Part shown: positions 37,633 to 44,065 of the stretch, one piece after another
Layout of the letters: the number at the start of each line of letters is the position of its first letter
How positions within the stretch are numbered: the stretch's first letter is position 1
Source: a virus
Lineage: Duplodnaviria; Caudoviricetes
DNA length: 44,065 bases
Virus record (IMG/VR): IMGVR_UViG_3300032261_000019
Coordinates: 1-44,065 of that record
Reading direction: 5' to 3' (one strand)
Position numbers and translations under genes: made by a program
The notes under the pieces: model-generated
Told to the model about the DNA's origin: nothing
What the model saw: the letters and a program-made list of their open reading frames with translations, nothing else
The model's database searches: none

Positions 37633-38325
37633 ATGCAACTGCTGAACCGTTTTTCGAACACTGTTATTTTTGAAGGCGAATTTGAGACGTTGAAAGACTT
37701 GGTACTTACGGCTTTGGAATCTGATGCCAATCTGGGCGGTGCCAATCTGCGCGATGCCAATCTGCGCGATGCCAATCTGCGCGATGCCAATCTGTACTGT
37801 GCCGATCTGCGCGATGCCAATCTGCGCGATGCCAATCTGCGCGATGCCAATCTGCGCAGTGCCAATCTGGACGGTGCCGATCTGCGCGATGCCAATCTGG
37901 ACGGTGCCGATCTGCGCGATGCCATTCTGCGAAGTGCCAATCTAGGCGGTGCCAATCTGCGCGATGCCAATCTGCGCAGTGCCAATCTGGACGGTGCCGA
38001 TCTGCGCGGTGCCAATCTAGGCGGTGCCAATCTGCGCGATGCCAATCTGCGCAGTGCCAATCTGGACGGTGCCGATCTGCTCGGTGCCGAAATCGATGGC
38101 GAAGAAATTACCCGGCAGCCCCTGATCGTTCAGGGGCTGTACTGGAGGGTACTGATCACGGAAGGCTTTATGCGCATCGGTTGCCAGCGCCACAGTCACG
38201 AAGATTGGGGCATGTTCACTGCAGAGGAAATCCGCGCGATGGACGGCCACGCCACGGCTTTCTGGGAGCAACACAAAAAAGCGCTGCTAGCCCTCTGCGT
38301 AATTCAGGCGAGTAAACAGCAATGA
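37633..38325 (+). CDS. Pentapeptide-repeat protein
   Basis: ~23 A(N/D)Lxx repeats; C-terminal IGCQRH..EDW domain; AAGGAG RBS. Confidence 0.9.
   Translation: MQLLNRFSNTVIFEGEFETLKDLVLTALESDANLGGANLRDANLRDANLRDANLYCADLRDANLRDANLRDANLRSANLDGADLRDANLDGADLRDAILRSANLGGANLRDANLRSANLDGADLRGANLGGANLRDANLRSANLDGADLLGAEIDGEEITRQPLIVQGLYWRVLITEGFMRIGCQRHSHEDWGMFTAEEIRAMDGHATAFWEQHKKALLALCVIQASKQQ
37723..38090 (+). repeat. 15-nt tandem coding repeat (GCCAATCTGCGCGAT-like)
   Basis: Direct reading. Confidence 0.9.
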
Positions 38326-38537
38326 TCCTCACTCCAGAGCAGGCATTATTTGTCTACAACACTGCCGTTGTCATGCCATCGGGTAGCACCCTGTGTCTGG
38401 AATTACCTGAAGATATCCAGGTAAACATTCCCCGTGCGGGCGGCCCTGTTGCAGTGTGGAAAAAATATACAGAGCTGGCGCACTATCGCAGTCCATCCAG
38501 CTTCGCCAAAGCTTATAACCTTTCGGAACTGTATTGA
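38322..38537 (+). CDS. Hypothetical protein
   Basis: ATGA-coupled. Confidence 0.65.
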   Translation: MILTPEQALFVYNTAVVMPSGSTLCLELPEDIQVNIPRAGGPVAVWKKYTELAHYRSPSSFAKAYNLSELY

Positions 38538-38538
38538 A

Positions 38539-38625
38539 ATGTTTGATGTAAAAACCCTGGTCGGTCTGGCTGTCATCGCAGGTATCTGGCTGACTCTGAA
38601 TATCGTGGTGGCATGCCATGTCTGA
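38539..38625 (+). CDS. 28-aa single-TM peptide
   Basis: MFDVKTLVGLAVIAGIWLTLNIVVACHV fills the gap between neighbours. Confidence 0.5.
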   Translation: MFDVKTLVGLAVIAGIWLTLNIVVACHV

Positions 38626-39001
38626 TGAATTGATGGTCTACAGCGTGGTATCTGATGAAATCGTGGAACATCGGGCCCGGCGCAAGATTCGCCACAAGGA
38701 TGGCATTTTCAGCGTGGAACTGATCAAACGTGGTCGATATCGCCAGCGGGTTGGGCTAGATGTAACCGGTGAGTATTTCTCCACGCAAAAATTTGCTTTG
38801 ACGTTTTTGCAGGGCGGTCTGGAAATTCGGCGTAATACGTTGGCGCTTGAGTTGGCGCTGGTCAACGAAAAACTGAAAACACTCGGAGAAAAATATGGAA
38901 TTTCACGGTATGAAGTCGAAAGCGGTTATCCATGCGAACAGTCGGTCGGTGAAACTGGCGCTTGCGAAAGAATTCCTGGCGCGACCGGAACAACCGATTA
39001 A
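38618..39001 (+). CDS. Hypothetical protein
   Basis: 127-aa ORF. Confidence 0.6.
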   Translation: MSDELMVYSVVSDEIVEHRARRKIRHKDGIFSVELIKRGRYRQRVGLDVTGEYFSTQKFALTFLQGGLEIRRNTLALELALVNEKLKTLGEKYGISRYEVESGYPCEQSVGETGACERIPGATGTTD

Positions 39002-39185
39002 AACCGTAGACGCCGTTGAGCGTATCGGGATGGGTCGAGGCTATGGGCTTAAATTTGAGCGCACTGTCTCCACGGTGAAAGAATGGCCCGAAAAGGAACA
39101 GACCTGGCTTGAGGCATTGCTGGTGGCAGCTTGGATTGTGTTTGGCCTGGGTGGTTTGTGGCTTATGTCAGTTATTCGGAGCTAA
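38895..39185 (+). CDS. Hypothetical protein with C-terminal TM
   Basis: GGAG RBS; hydrophobic tail. Confidence 0.65.
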   Translation: MEFHGMKSKAVIHANSRSVKLALAKEFLARPEQPIKTVDAVERIGMGRGYGLKFERTVSTVKEWPEKEQTWLEALLVAAWIVFGLGGLWLMSVIRS

Positions 39186-39187
39186 AT

Positions 39188-39352
39188 ATGAAAAAGCAGA
39201 CCATTGACAAATCGCTGATTGAAGCGTGCCGATTTATAAAAGCGGCAAAACTGGCTCGTGGTGCCCGGCCCGGTAGCAAGGAATATGGCGCACTTCGTCG
39301 GGCAAGCATGGACCTAACACGGGTTCTGGCTGATTTGCGACAAGGGCGATGA
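39188..39352 (+). CDS. Small basic hypothetical protein
   Basis: GGAG RBS; ALRRASMDLTRVLADLR. Confidence 0.7.
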   Translation: MKKQTIDKSLIEACRFIKAAKLARGARPGSKEYGALRRASMDLTRVLADLRQGR

Positions 39353-39630
39353 GTTTTCACTGCCGCTGTAGGCATTGCCAAAGTCGGCGCGCCCTTAAGC
39401 GTCACCCCGACCGTTATATCCGGGCTCCCGCTTGCCCTGTATGTGGAAAACGTGACTGGCGCCTGGACAAATGGATGATGCGGCGAGACACCCGCGCAAT
39501 GGGATGTTTCTGTGGCGGCTATCTGTGGGCGATTAATTCTCCGCATCGCCGCGGTAGTTTGAACTGTTGGTATAACACGGATGGGAGTATGAGAGATGAT
39601 CAATCAGGATTTGGTACAGCAGGGGATTAA
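39349..39630 (+). CDS. Cys-rich Zn-binding hypothetical protein
   Basis: CRHC, CPVC, CFC, HRRGS..C. Confidence 0.7.
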   Translation: MSFHCRCRHCQSRRALKRHPDRYIRAPACPVCGKRDWRLDKWMMRRDTRAMGCFCGGYLWAINSPHRRGSLNCWYNTDGSMRDDQSGFGTAGD

Positions 39631-39784
39631 CTTGCTGGAGCGTGGCGACGATCTGTTACAAGCACAGGAAATCGCAAAACTGCGGGCGAAATTTACACTG
39701 GCTATCCACGCCTTGTCGCAACTGAAAACTGGTGATATGCCTTTGTCGCATGTGCCGGACATTATCCGGATGCTCGAAGCATGA
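39596..39784 (+). CDS. Hypothetical protein
   Basis: GGAG upstream; coupled to next ORF. Confidence 0.6.
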   Translation: MINQDLVQQGINLLERGDDLLQAQEIAKLRAKFTLAIHALSQLKTGDMPLSHVPDIIRMLEA

Positions 39785-40269
39785 ATCTGACCGCCTGGGC
39801 AATCAAACACGGCGTATCGATGACCGCGCTGGAAGAACTGTATGCGGGGATGGGCTTACCCCATTTCAAGGCCGCTGAATCCACGGAGGAACCTGCCGGC
39901 AGCGAGTCGCGTCAGCAATCCCTGATTCGTCTGGAGGCCGCAAAATTCGGTTATCGCCTGTTCCGGAACAATAGCGGGGTGCTGGCAAATCCGGCAGGCC
40001 AGCCTGTACGGTTCGGGCTGGCTAATGATAACGCCCAGATGAACAAGGTGATTAAATCTGGTGATCTGATCGGCTGGAAATCAGTCATGGTTACACCTGA
40101 TATGGTTGGCCACCGGGTGGCACTATTTACCAGCGTGGAATGCAAGAAAGAAGGCTGGAAATATACGGGTACGCCGCACGAACGAGCGCAACGCAAATGG
40201 AACGATGGCGTACTGGCTGCCGGGGGCGTGGCGTTTTTCGCAAATGGGCCTGAGGGGGTTCTGGGGTGA
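39781..40269 (+). CDS. VRR-NUC family nuclease
   Basis: LFRNNSG, SGDLIG, SVECK, Q..W...V.AAGG.A. Confidence 0.85.
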   Translation: MNLTAWAIKHGVSMTALEELYAGMGLPHFKAAESTEEPAGSESRQQSLIRLEAAKFGYRLFRNNSGVLANPAGQPVRFGLANDNAQMNKVIKSGDLIGWKSVMVTPDMVGHRVALFTSVECKKEGWKYTGTPHERAQRKWNDGVLAAGGVAFFANGPEGVLG

Positions 40270-40373
40270 CTCTGATGTTCAGCGCATTAGCTATTGTGGC
40301 GTTTACCTCAGACGAACCCGGCTTAGGCTGGTTTTAATCGGAATGTGTATCGTGTTTTACGCCGGAGACTGAC

Positions 40374-40787
40374 ATGGAACGATATGAACGCAAGGGGCCC
40401 GACCATTACAAACTGCGGATGGTCACTGAAGCTAACCGGGTTTATGTGGCCCGTGATACGTGGTTTGCATTCAAGGAAACCCCTAATGGTTACTGGCTGC
40501 TGCCTGAACGCTGGCTGGGGTGGGGATGTCGCGCGTCAATCGACAAGGAAAAACGATTCATCACGAAAAACGGCGGCCGCCAGTGGGCTTACTCAAACTG
40601 GGACAGGGCTCTGGCCAGCTTCAAAATCCGGTGCGAACGCCGATTGCTGTGGATCAAGGAAACCCAGCTGGCTCTGGACGCACTGTTAAATGAAGAAGCT
40701 TGGGCCAAGATCACCCCAGAAAATATACGGGGGCATAACACACCGATTACCGAATATGAATCTGAAGTTAACTGGATCGATTACTAA
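40374..40787 (+). CDS. Hypothetical protein
   Basis: GGAG RBS; KETPNGYW and ALASFKIR motifs. Confidence 0.75.
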   Translation: MERYERKGPDHYKLRMVTEANRVYVARDTWFAFKETPNGYWLLPERWLGWGCRASIDKEKRFITKNGGRQWAYSNWDRALASFKIRCERRLLWIKETQLALDALLNEEAWAKITPENIRGHNTPITEYESEVNWIDY

Positions 40788-40793
40788 CCAGGC

Positions 40794-40837
40794 TTGACAT
40801 AACGCTATAAAACGTTAATATCGCGTTATTTACGTAA
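40794..40837 (+). promoter_or_regulatory. Promoter (TTGACA -35) with degenerate operator sites upstream of the TetR-like gene
   Basis: TTGACA 40794-40799; AAACGTTAATATCGCGT 40810-40826; overlapping CGTTATTTACGT. Confidence 0.55.
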
Positions 40838-40852
40838 GCAGGGCCGAAATAT

Positions 40853-41047
40853 ATGGAGCGCAAACAACATACCCGGATGGACCCCGACGAACGCAAAGCC
40901 CAGCTGCTAAGCGCGGCCCGACTGATCGCACAGACAAAAGGCATGAAGTCGGTCACACGGGTTAATGTCGCAGCAGCTACAGGCACCAGCGTGGGGTTGA
41001 TCAGCCGTTATTTCGGTAGTGCAAAAGGTCTGAAGGATGCCGTCTGA
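40853..41047 (+). CDS. Stand-alone TetR-family HTH protein (DNA-binding domain only)
   Basis: RMDPDERKAQLLSAA...G...VTR.NVA...G.S.GLI.RYFGS matches the TetR N-terminal pattern. Confidence 0.85.
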   Translation: MERKQHTRMDPDERKAQLLSAARLIAQTKGMKSVTRVNVAAATGTSVGLISRYFGSAKGLKDAV

Positions 41048-41065
41048 TGTACGGCATTTTTTTTT
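41037..41065 (+). terminator. Rho-independent terminator
   Basis: ATGCCGT-ctgatgt-ACGGCAT followed by T8. Confidence 0.85.
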
Positions 41066-41067
41066 AG

Positions 41068-41096
41068 TTGCAAAAACGTTAATAACGTTTTATAGT
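41068..41096 (+). promoter_or_regulatory. Sigma70-like promoter TTGCAA-17-TATAGT whose whole spacer is the perfect operator
   Basis: Spacer 41074-41090 = AAACGTTA-A-TAACGTTT. Confidence 0.85.
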
Positions 41097-41129
41097 TACG
41101 TCACTCCAACACGTAACGGTACGCAAATC

Positions 41130-41612
41130 ATGAAAACCTTGATCTTTGCATTGACCTTGACGGCCACCTCATTGGCCTACGCCGATTCAGCCGATATCGT
41201 CGTTAACGGTTTGTCCTGGCACAGCCACCCACCTGTCGCAGAGGGTTACCACTGGAACCAGCTGAATACCGGTCTGGCTGTGCAATACCAGCATGATATG
41301 GGTAATTTTGCGATTGTCGCCCAAGCCGGGTTTATGAAAGACAGCGTTGACCTCTGGGGGCCATATGCCATCGCGTCGGCGCAGTACGTCGTGCGCTCTG
41401 GTGATTTTTCTGCTGGTGTGGGCCCGGCGATTGGTGCCGCTTACCGCGGGAATCACTTTAATGGCCCGCATCAGCTTGACCCGCTGGGTGGCCTGGATGT
41501 GACACTGCGGTATCGGGACGCAGGCGTAAATATTCTGGCCGCTCCGGCAATCAACGATCAGCCGGCTATTATTTTCACAAATTTTACTTATCGATTCTGG
41601 AGCGGGAAATAA
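41130..41612 (+). CDS. Exported outer-membrane beta-barrel protein, PagP-like
   Basis: Signal peptide ending AYA; amphipathic strands; SWH...N..G...GFMKDS...W.P pattern resembles the PagP catalytic motifs. Confidence 0.7.
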   Translation: MKTLIFALTLTATSLAYADSADIVVNGLSWHSHPPVAEGYHWNQLNTGLAVQYQHDMGNFAIVAQAGFMKDSVDLWGPYAIASAQYVVRSGDFSAGVGPAIGAAYRGNHFNGPHQLDPLGGLDVTLRYRDAGVNILAAPAINDQPAIIFTNFTYRFWSGK

Positions 41613-41639
41613 TCAAGCGTACGAGGCGGAAATAAAATA

Positions 41640-42851
41640 ATGCCTGCTTATTACAACGAAATTGATCCGTTTGCTGCCCAATGGCTGCGAAACCTGATCG
41701 GCGCCGGCCACATCGCTCCGGGATATGTGGACGAAAGGGATATTCGAGATGTCAAGCCAGCAGATTTGCGAAATTACACGCAGTGTCACTTTTTCGCTGG
41801 AATTGCAGTCTGGTCGTACGCGCTTCGCCGCGCCGGCTGGCCCGACGACCGGCCTGTCTGGACCGGTAGTTGCCCGTGCCAGCCTTTCTCCGCGGCAGGC
41901 GCAGGCGCTGGGTTTGATGACAAGCGACACCTCTGGCCACACTTCCATTGGCTCATCCAGGAGTGCAGCCCTGCAGACGTCTTTGGAGAACAAGTTGCGA
42001 GCAAGGACGCAGAACCTTGGGTCAACCTTGTACAAGCTGACCTGGAAAAGCTGGGCTACACCTTCGGGGCCGTCCCGTTTCCGTCTGCGGGCGTCGGTGC
42101 CCCGCACATCCGGGACCGACTTTTCTGGATGGGCCACGCCCACCGCGCGCGACTGGAAGGACGGCGAGGAATGTCAAAACGTGCCGATCAATGCCTTGTT
42201 GGGGCGGATGGTCTGGCTAGCCGGCTGGGGCACGCCGACAGCATCGGAACCGGGCGGCACAGCGGAGCAGTATGTGTCCCGGTCGATCGACTCAACAGGG
42301 AATACGGCTCCAACGATGTTGACGCACCAGGTGCAAATGGCGGGCTGGCCCACGGCCACGGACTCGGAGCGGCGCGGGACGCTGGACGAAGCGGCGCCGA
42401 ACAAAACGCTGAATCACGTGGCACAGATGGCGGGCTGGCCAACTCCGACGGCAGGAAGCAACGATCGGGAAGCAGCGCCGGAACGGGCAATGACGATGTA
42501 CCGGGAAGACGGGACGAAACACCAGCAGCGCTTGCAGGACTTCGCGGCGATCTGCAGCCCGGCCCGGTTAACGGCTTCTGGAGAGATGCTGACTGGCTCT
42601 TTTGCCGGGATGGAAAGTGGCGGCCAGTTATGCCCGGGTCATTCCCGCTGGCTCATGGGCTTGCCCCAGGCATGGGAAAGCTCAGCGCCAGGGCACGAGG
42701 ATTGGCAGAGCTGGCAGGACTTGATGCAAAAAGCCTGAAGCGCGCCAAAGCGTACCGGTCTGGAACGCTGCGCGGCTACGGCAACGCAATTAATGCAGAG
42801 GCGGCAGTGCAATTCATTGCCGCCGCGATGGAATCAATTACAGCTATTTGA
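41640..42851 (+). CDS. DNA (cytosine-5) methyltransferase, alpha-type chain (motifs II, III, I, IV, VI, VIII ... X)
   Basis: YYNEID, FFAG, SCPCQPFS, GEQV, HIRDR, YGNAI. Confidence 0.9.
   Translation: MPAYYNEIDPFAAQWLRNLIGAGHIAPGYVDERDIRDVKPADLRNYTQCHFFAGIAVWSYALRRAGWPDDRPVWTGSCPCQPFSAAGAGAGFDDKRHLWPHFHWLIQECSPADVFGEQVASKDAEPWVNLVQADLEKLGYTFGAVPFPSAGVGAPHIRDRLFWMGHAHRARLEGRRGMSKRADQCLVGADGLASRLGHADSIGTGRHSGAVCVPVDRLNREYGSNDVDAPGANGGLAHGHGLGAARDAGRSGAEQNAESRGTDGGLANSDGRKQRSGSSAGTGNDDVPGRRDETPAALAGLRGDLQPGPVNGFWRDADWLFCRDGKWRPVMPGSFPLAHGLAPGMGKLSARARGLAELAGLDAKSLKRAKAYRSGTLRGYGNAINAEAAVQFIAAAMESITAI
41749..42738 (+). CDS. Nested +1-frame methyltransferase beta-type chain (GWxTP modules and motif IX); start uncertain (41725/41749/41917)
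   Basis: ~1-kb stop-free frame wholly inside the MTase gene; QLCPGHSRWLMGLP resembles motif IX, which the outer frame lacks. Confidence 0.75.
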   Translation: MSSQQICEITRSVTFSLELQSGRTRFAAPAGPTTGLSGPVVARASLSPRQAQALGLMTSDTSGHTSIGSSRSAALQTSLENKLRARTQNLGSTLYKLTWKSWATPSGPSRFRLRASVPRTSGTDFSGWATPTARDWKDGEECQNVPINALLGRMVWLAGWGTPTASEPGGTAEQYVSRSIDSTGNTAPTMLTHQVQMAGWPTATDSERRGTLDEAAPNKTLNHVAQMAGWPTPTAGSNDREAAPERAMTMYREDGTKHQQRLQDFAAICSPARLTASGEMLTGSFAGMESGGQLCPGHSRWLMGLPQAWESSAPGHEDWQSWQDLMQKA

Positions 42852-42861
42852 GGAGTGATAG

Positions 42862-43236
42862 ATGCTGCTGATCCAACTTGGCTTTAGCCTGCCGAAAGTG
42901 AATGTATGGCGTGATGACGACCGGCTAACAGTGGGGATTCGCTTTGGGTTTATGGTGATCTTCTGGTTGAACCCGGAAGCCTCGATGTTCATTATCAAAG
43001 CCTACCAAGGTATGCGAAAAGACCCTGAATGGCTGGTGAACAACATTGCAAAAATCAGACTTGCTCAAAAGCGGGGCTATCACAAGGGGAAGGCTCAAGG
43101 CCAAGCCGATACTCAATACTGGCGCGACGCATATAACAAGATTTACGAACAGGACGTCAATAGATCCATAAAACTGCATGAGCTTGAGATCACTGTCCGA
43201 ACTTTGTCCGCAGCACTCGCAACAGGAAAGGACTGA
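42862..43236 (+). CDS. Hypothetical protein
   Basis: GAGGAG RBS. Confidence 0.7.
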   Translation: MLLIQLGFSLPKVNVWRDDDRLTVGIRFGFMVIFWLNPEASMFIIKAYQGMRKDPEWLVNNIAKIRLAQKRGYHKGKAQGQADTQYWRDAYNKIYEQDVNRSIKLHELEITVRTLSAALATGKD

Positions 43237-43239
43237 GAG

Positions 43240-43479
43240 ATGATTACCCGACTTGATTTTCATAATGGCCTGCAATACGCCACCCCAACCGGCCCATATA
43301 TCAGCATTAGCGAGCTTGCTGATCAACTTGGCTGCACCCCTGACAAGGTGATGGAAACCATCGATGCATTGAAGCGGGATACCGAATATTTTCGTTTCAT
43401 GCAGCAAAGGCTAGCTTCATGGGGCTGGGAGAATTTGGCCGATCAAGTACAAGCCGCCATGCAAGCCGACAAGGAGTGA
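43240..43479 (+). CDS. Hypothetical protein, possible small HTH
   Basis: ISISELADQLGCT segment. Confidence 0.65.
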   Translation: MITRLDFHNGLQYATPTGPYISISELADQLGCTPDKVMETIDALKRDTEYFRFMQQRLASWGWENLADQVQAAMQADKE

Positions 43480-43482
43480 ATC

Positions 43483-44065
43483 ATGAGCGAACAAGACGAC
43501 AAGCAACGCGGGCGGGTGATTGGTTCACTCCATGGGCATCCGCTTGTCCTGCAATCCGACTATCAGGCGCTGGAAGCAGATTATAAAAAGCTTGATGCCG
43601 ATTATCAGGCAATGGGGTTAGAAGTCTCAATACTTCGCCCCTACGCCGGAAAAATCATTGAGCTTGAAGCAGAGGCATTCAGAGCCAAACAGACACGCGA
43701 TACGGCTCTAGCTCAGTGGAATGGGTTGCTGGAAACGTACTTGGAACTCCAAGCCGAAATCGTTGAGCTACGCGCACGCATCGCAACCAGTGAGGGGCAG
43801 CATTCGCGGCATCCGGGTGATGCATTACGCGCCGCTTTGCAACACTGTGGCGTTAAAACGGATGGTGAAGGCAATGCGTATTTTGACTGCATTGCACTTA
43901 GCAAGCTTGCTCCGCTACTGACGGCCAAGCCCACTGTGCCAGCGCAGGTTAGTGAGGGGCAGGAGCCGATATTCTGGTATCGACCAACATGCAATGGGGA
44001 GATGTACGAAGGCCCGGTGCATACCAGTTCAGTGGGCGGCAAGATTCTGCGCGATGAAAAGCCAG
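43483..44065 (+). CDS. 5' part of a ~260-aa accessory protein spanning the genome join (coiled-coil plus EPxxW...PLY module)
   Basis: ATG 43483 after AAGGAG; open to the end of the window and in frame with the 17..346 ORF. Confidence 0.8.
   Translation, partial: MSEQDDKQRGRVIGSLHGHPLVLQSDYQALEADYKKLDADYQAMGLEVSILRPYAGKIIELEAEAFRAKQTRDTALAQWNGLLETYLELQAEIVELRARIATSEGQHSRHPGDALRAALQHCGVKTDGEGNAYFDCIALSKLAPLLTAKPTVPAQVSEGQEPIFWYRPTCNGEMYEGPVHTSSVGGKILRDEKP
43920..44065. repeat. Terminal direct repeat, right copy
   Basis: Same 146 nt as 1-146 with one substitution. Confidence 0.95.

Noticed and set aside
37530-38060. Minus-strand 176-aa RRLAS-repeat ORF and the +1 MPICA-repeat ORF
   Set aside because: Shadows of the pentapeptide tandem repeat.
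41613-42143. 176-aa antisense ORF over the MTase 5' half as a third coding frame
   Set aside because: No recognisable motif; probably a by-product of the constraint on two sense frames, though not excluded.

Overview
The window is an apparently complete ~43.9-kb double-stranded DNA phage genome. Positions 1-146 repeat at 43920-44065 with one mismatch, and one ORF reads across the join, so the contig is circular or permuted. It is a contractile-tailed (myovirus-type) phage of a Gram-negative host, judged by its SAR endolysin and embedded spanins, and its structural module resembles the Bcep781/OP2 type. Gene order: small accessory ORFs; primase-helicase (NrS-1-like) followed by a repeat-rich putative origin; TerS, TerL, portal, MuF-like protein, Nudix-protease-scaffold fusion, decoration and major capsid proteins; neck, sheath, tube, chaperones, tape measure, baseplate and tail fibre; lysis cassette; a leftward replication operon (PolB, SSB, Cas4-like exonuclease); then SF2 helicase, pentapeptide-repeat protein, VRR-NUC nuclease, TetR-like HTH, a PagP-like outer-membrane barrel and a C5 methyltransferase. 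No integrase, CI-type repressor, tRNA, CRISPR array or reverse transcriptase was recognised. Best leads: (1) a two-frame nested cytosine methyltransferase whose inner frame carries motif IX and a tandem array of four variable GWxTP modules; (2) a phage-encoded PagP-like barrel that keeps the WH...KDS catalytic pattern; (3) a 17-bp palindrome (AAACGTTAWTAACGTTT) at about 8 sites, several inside sigma70-like promoters, with a stand-alone TetR HTH as candidate regulator; (4) an intact Nudix domain fused to the prohead protease; (5) the same beta-domain inserted into three different virion proteins. Family assignments come from reading motifs by eye, not from database searches.
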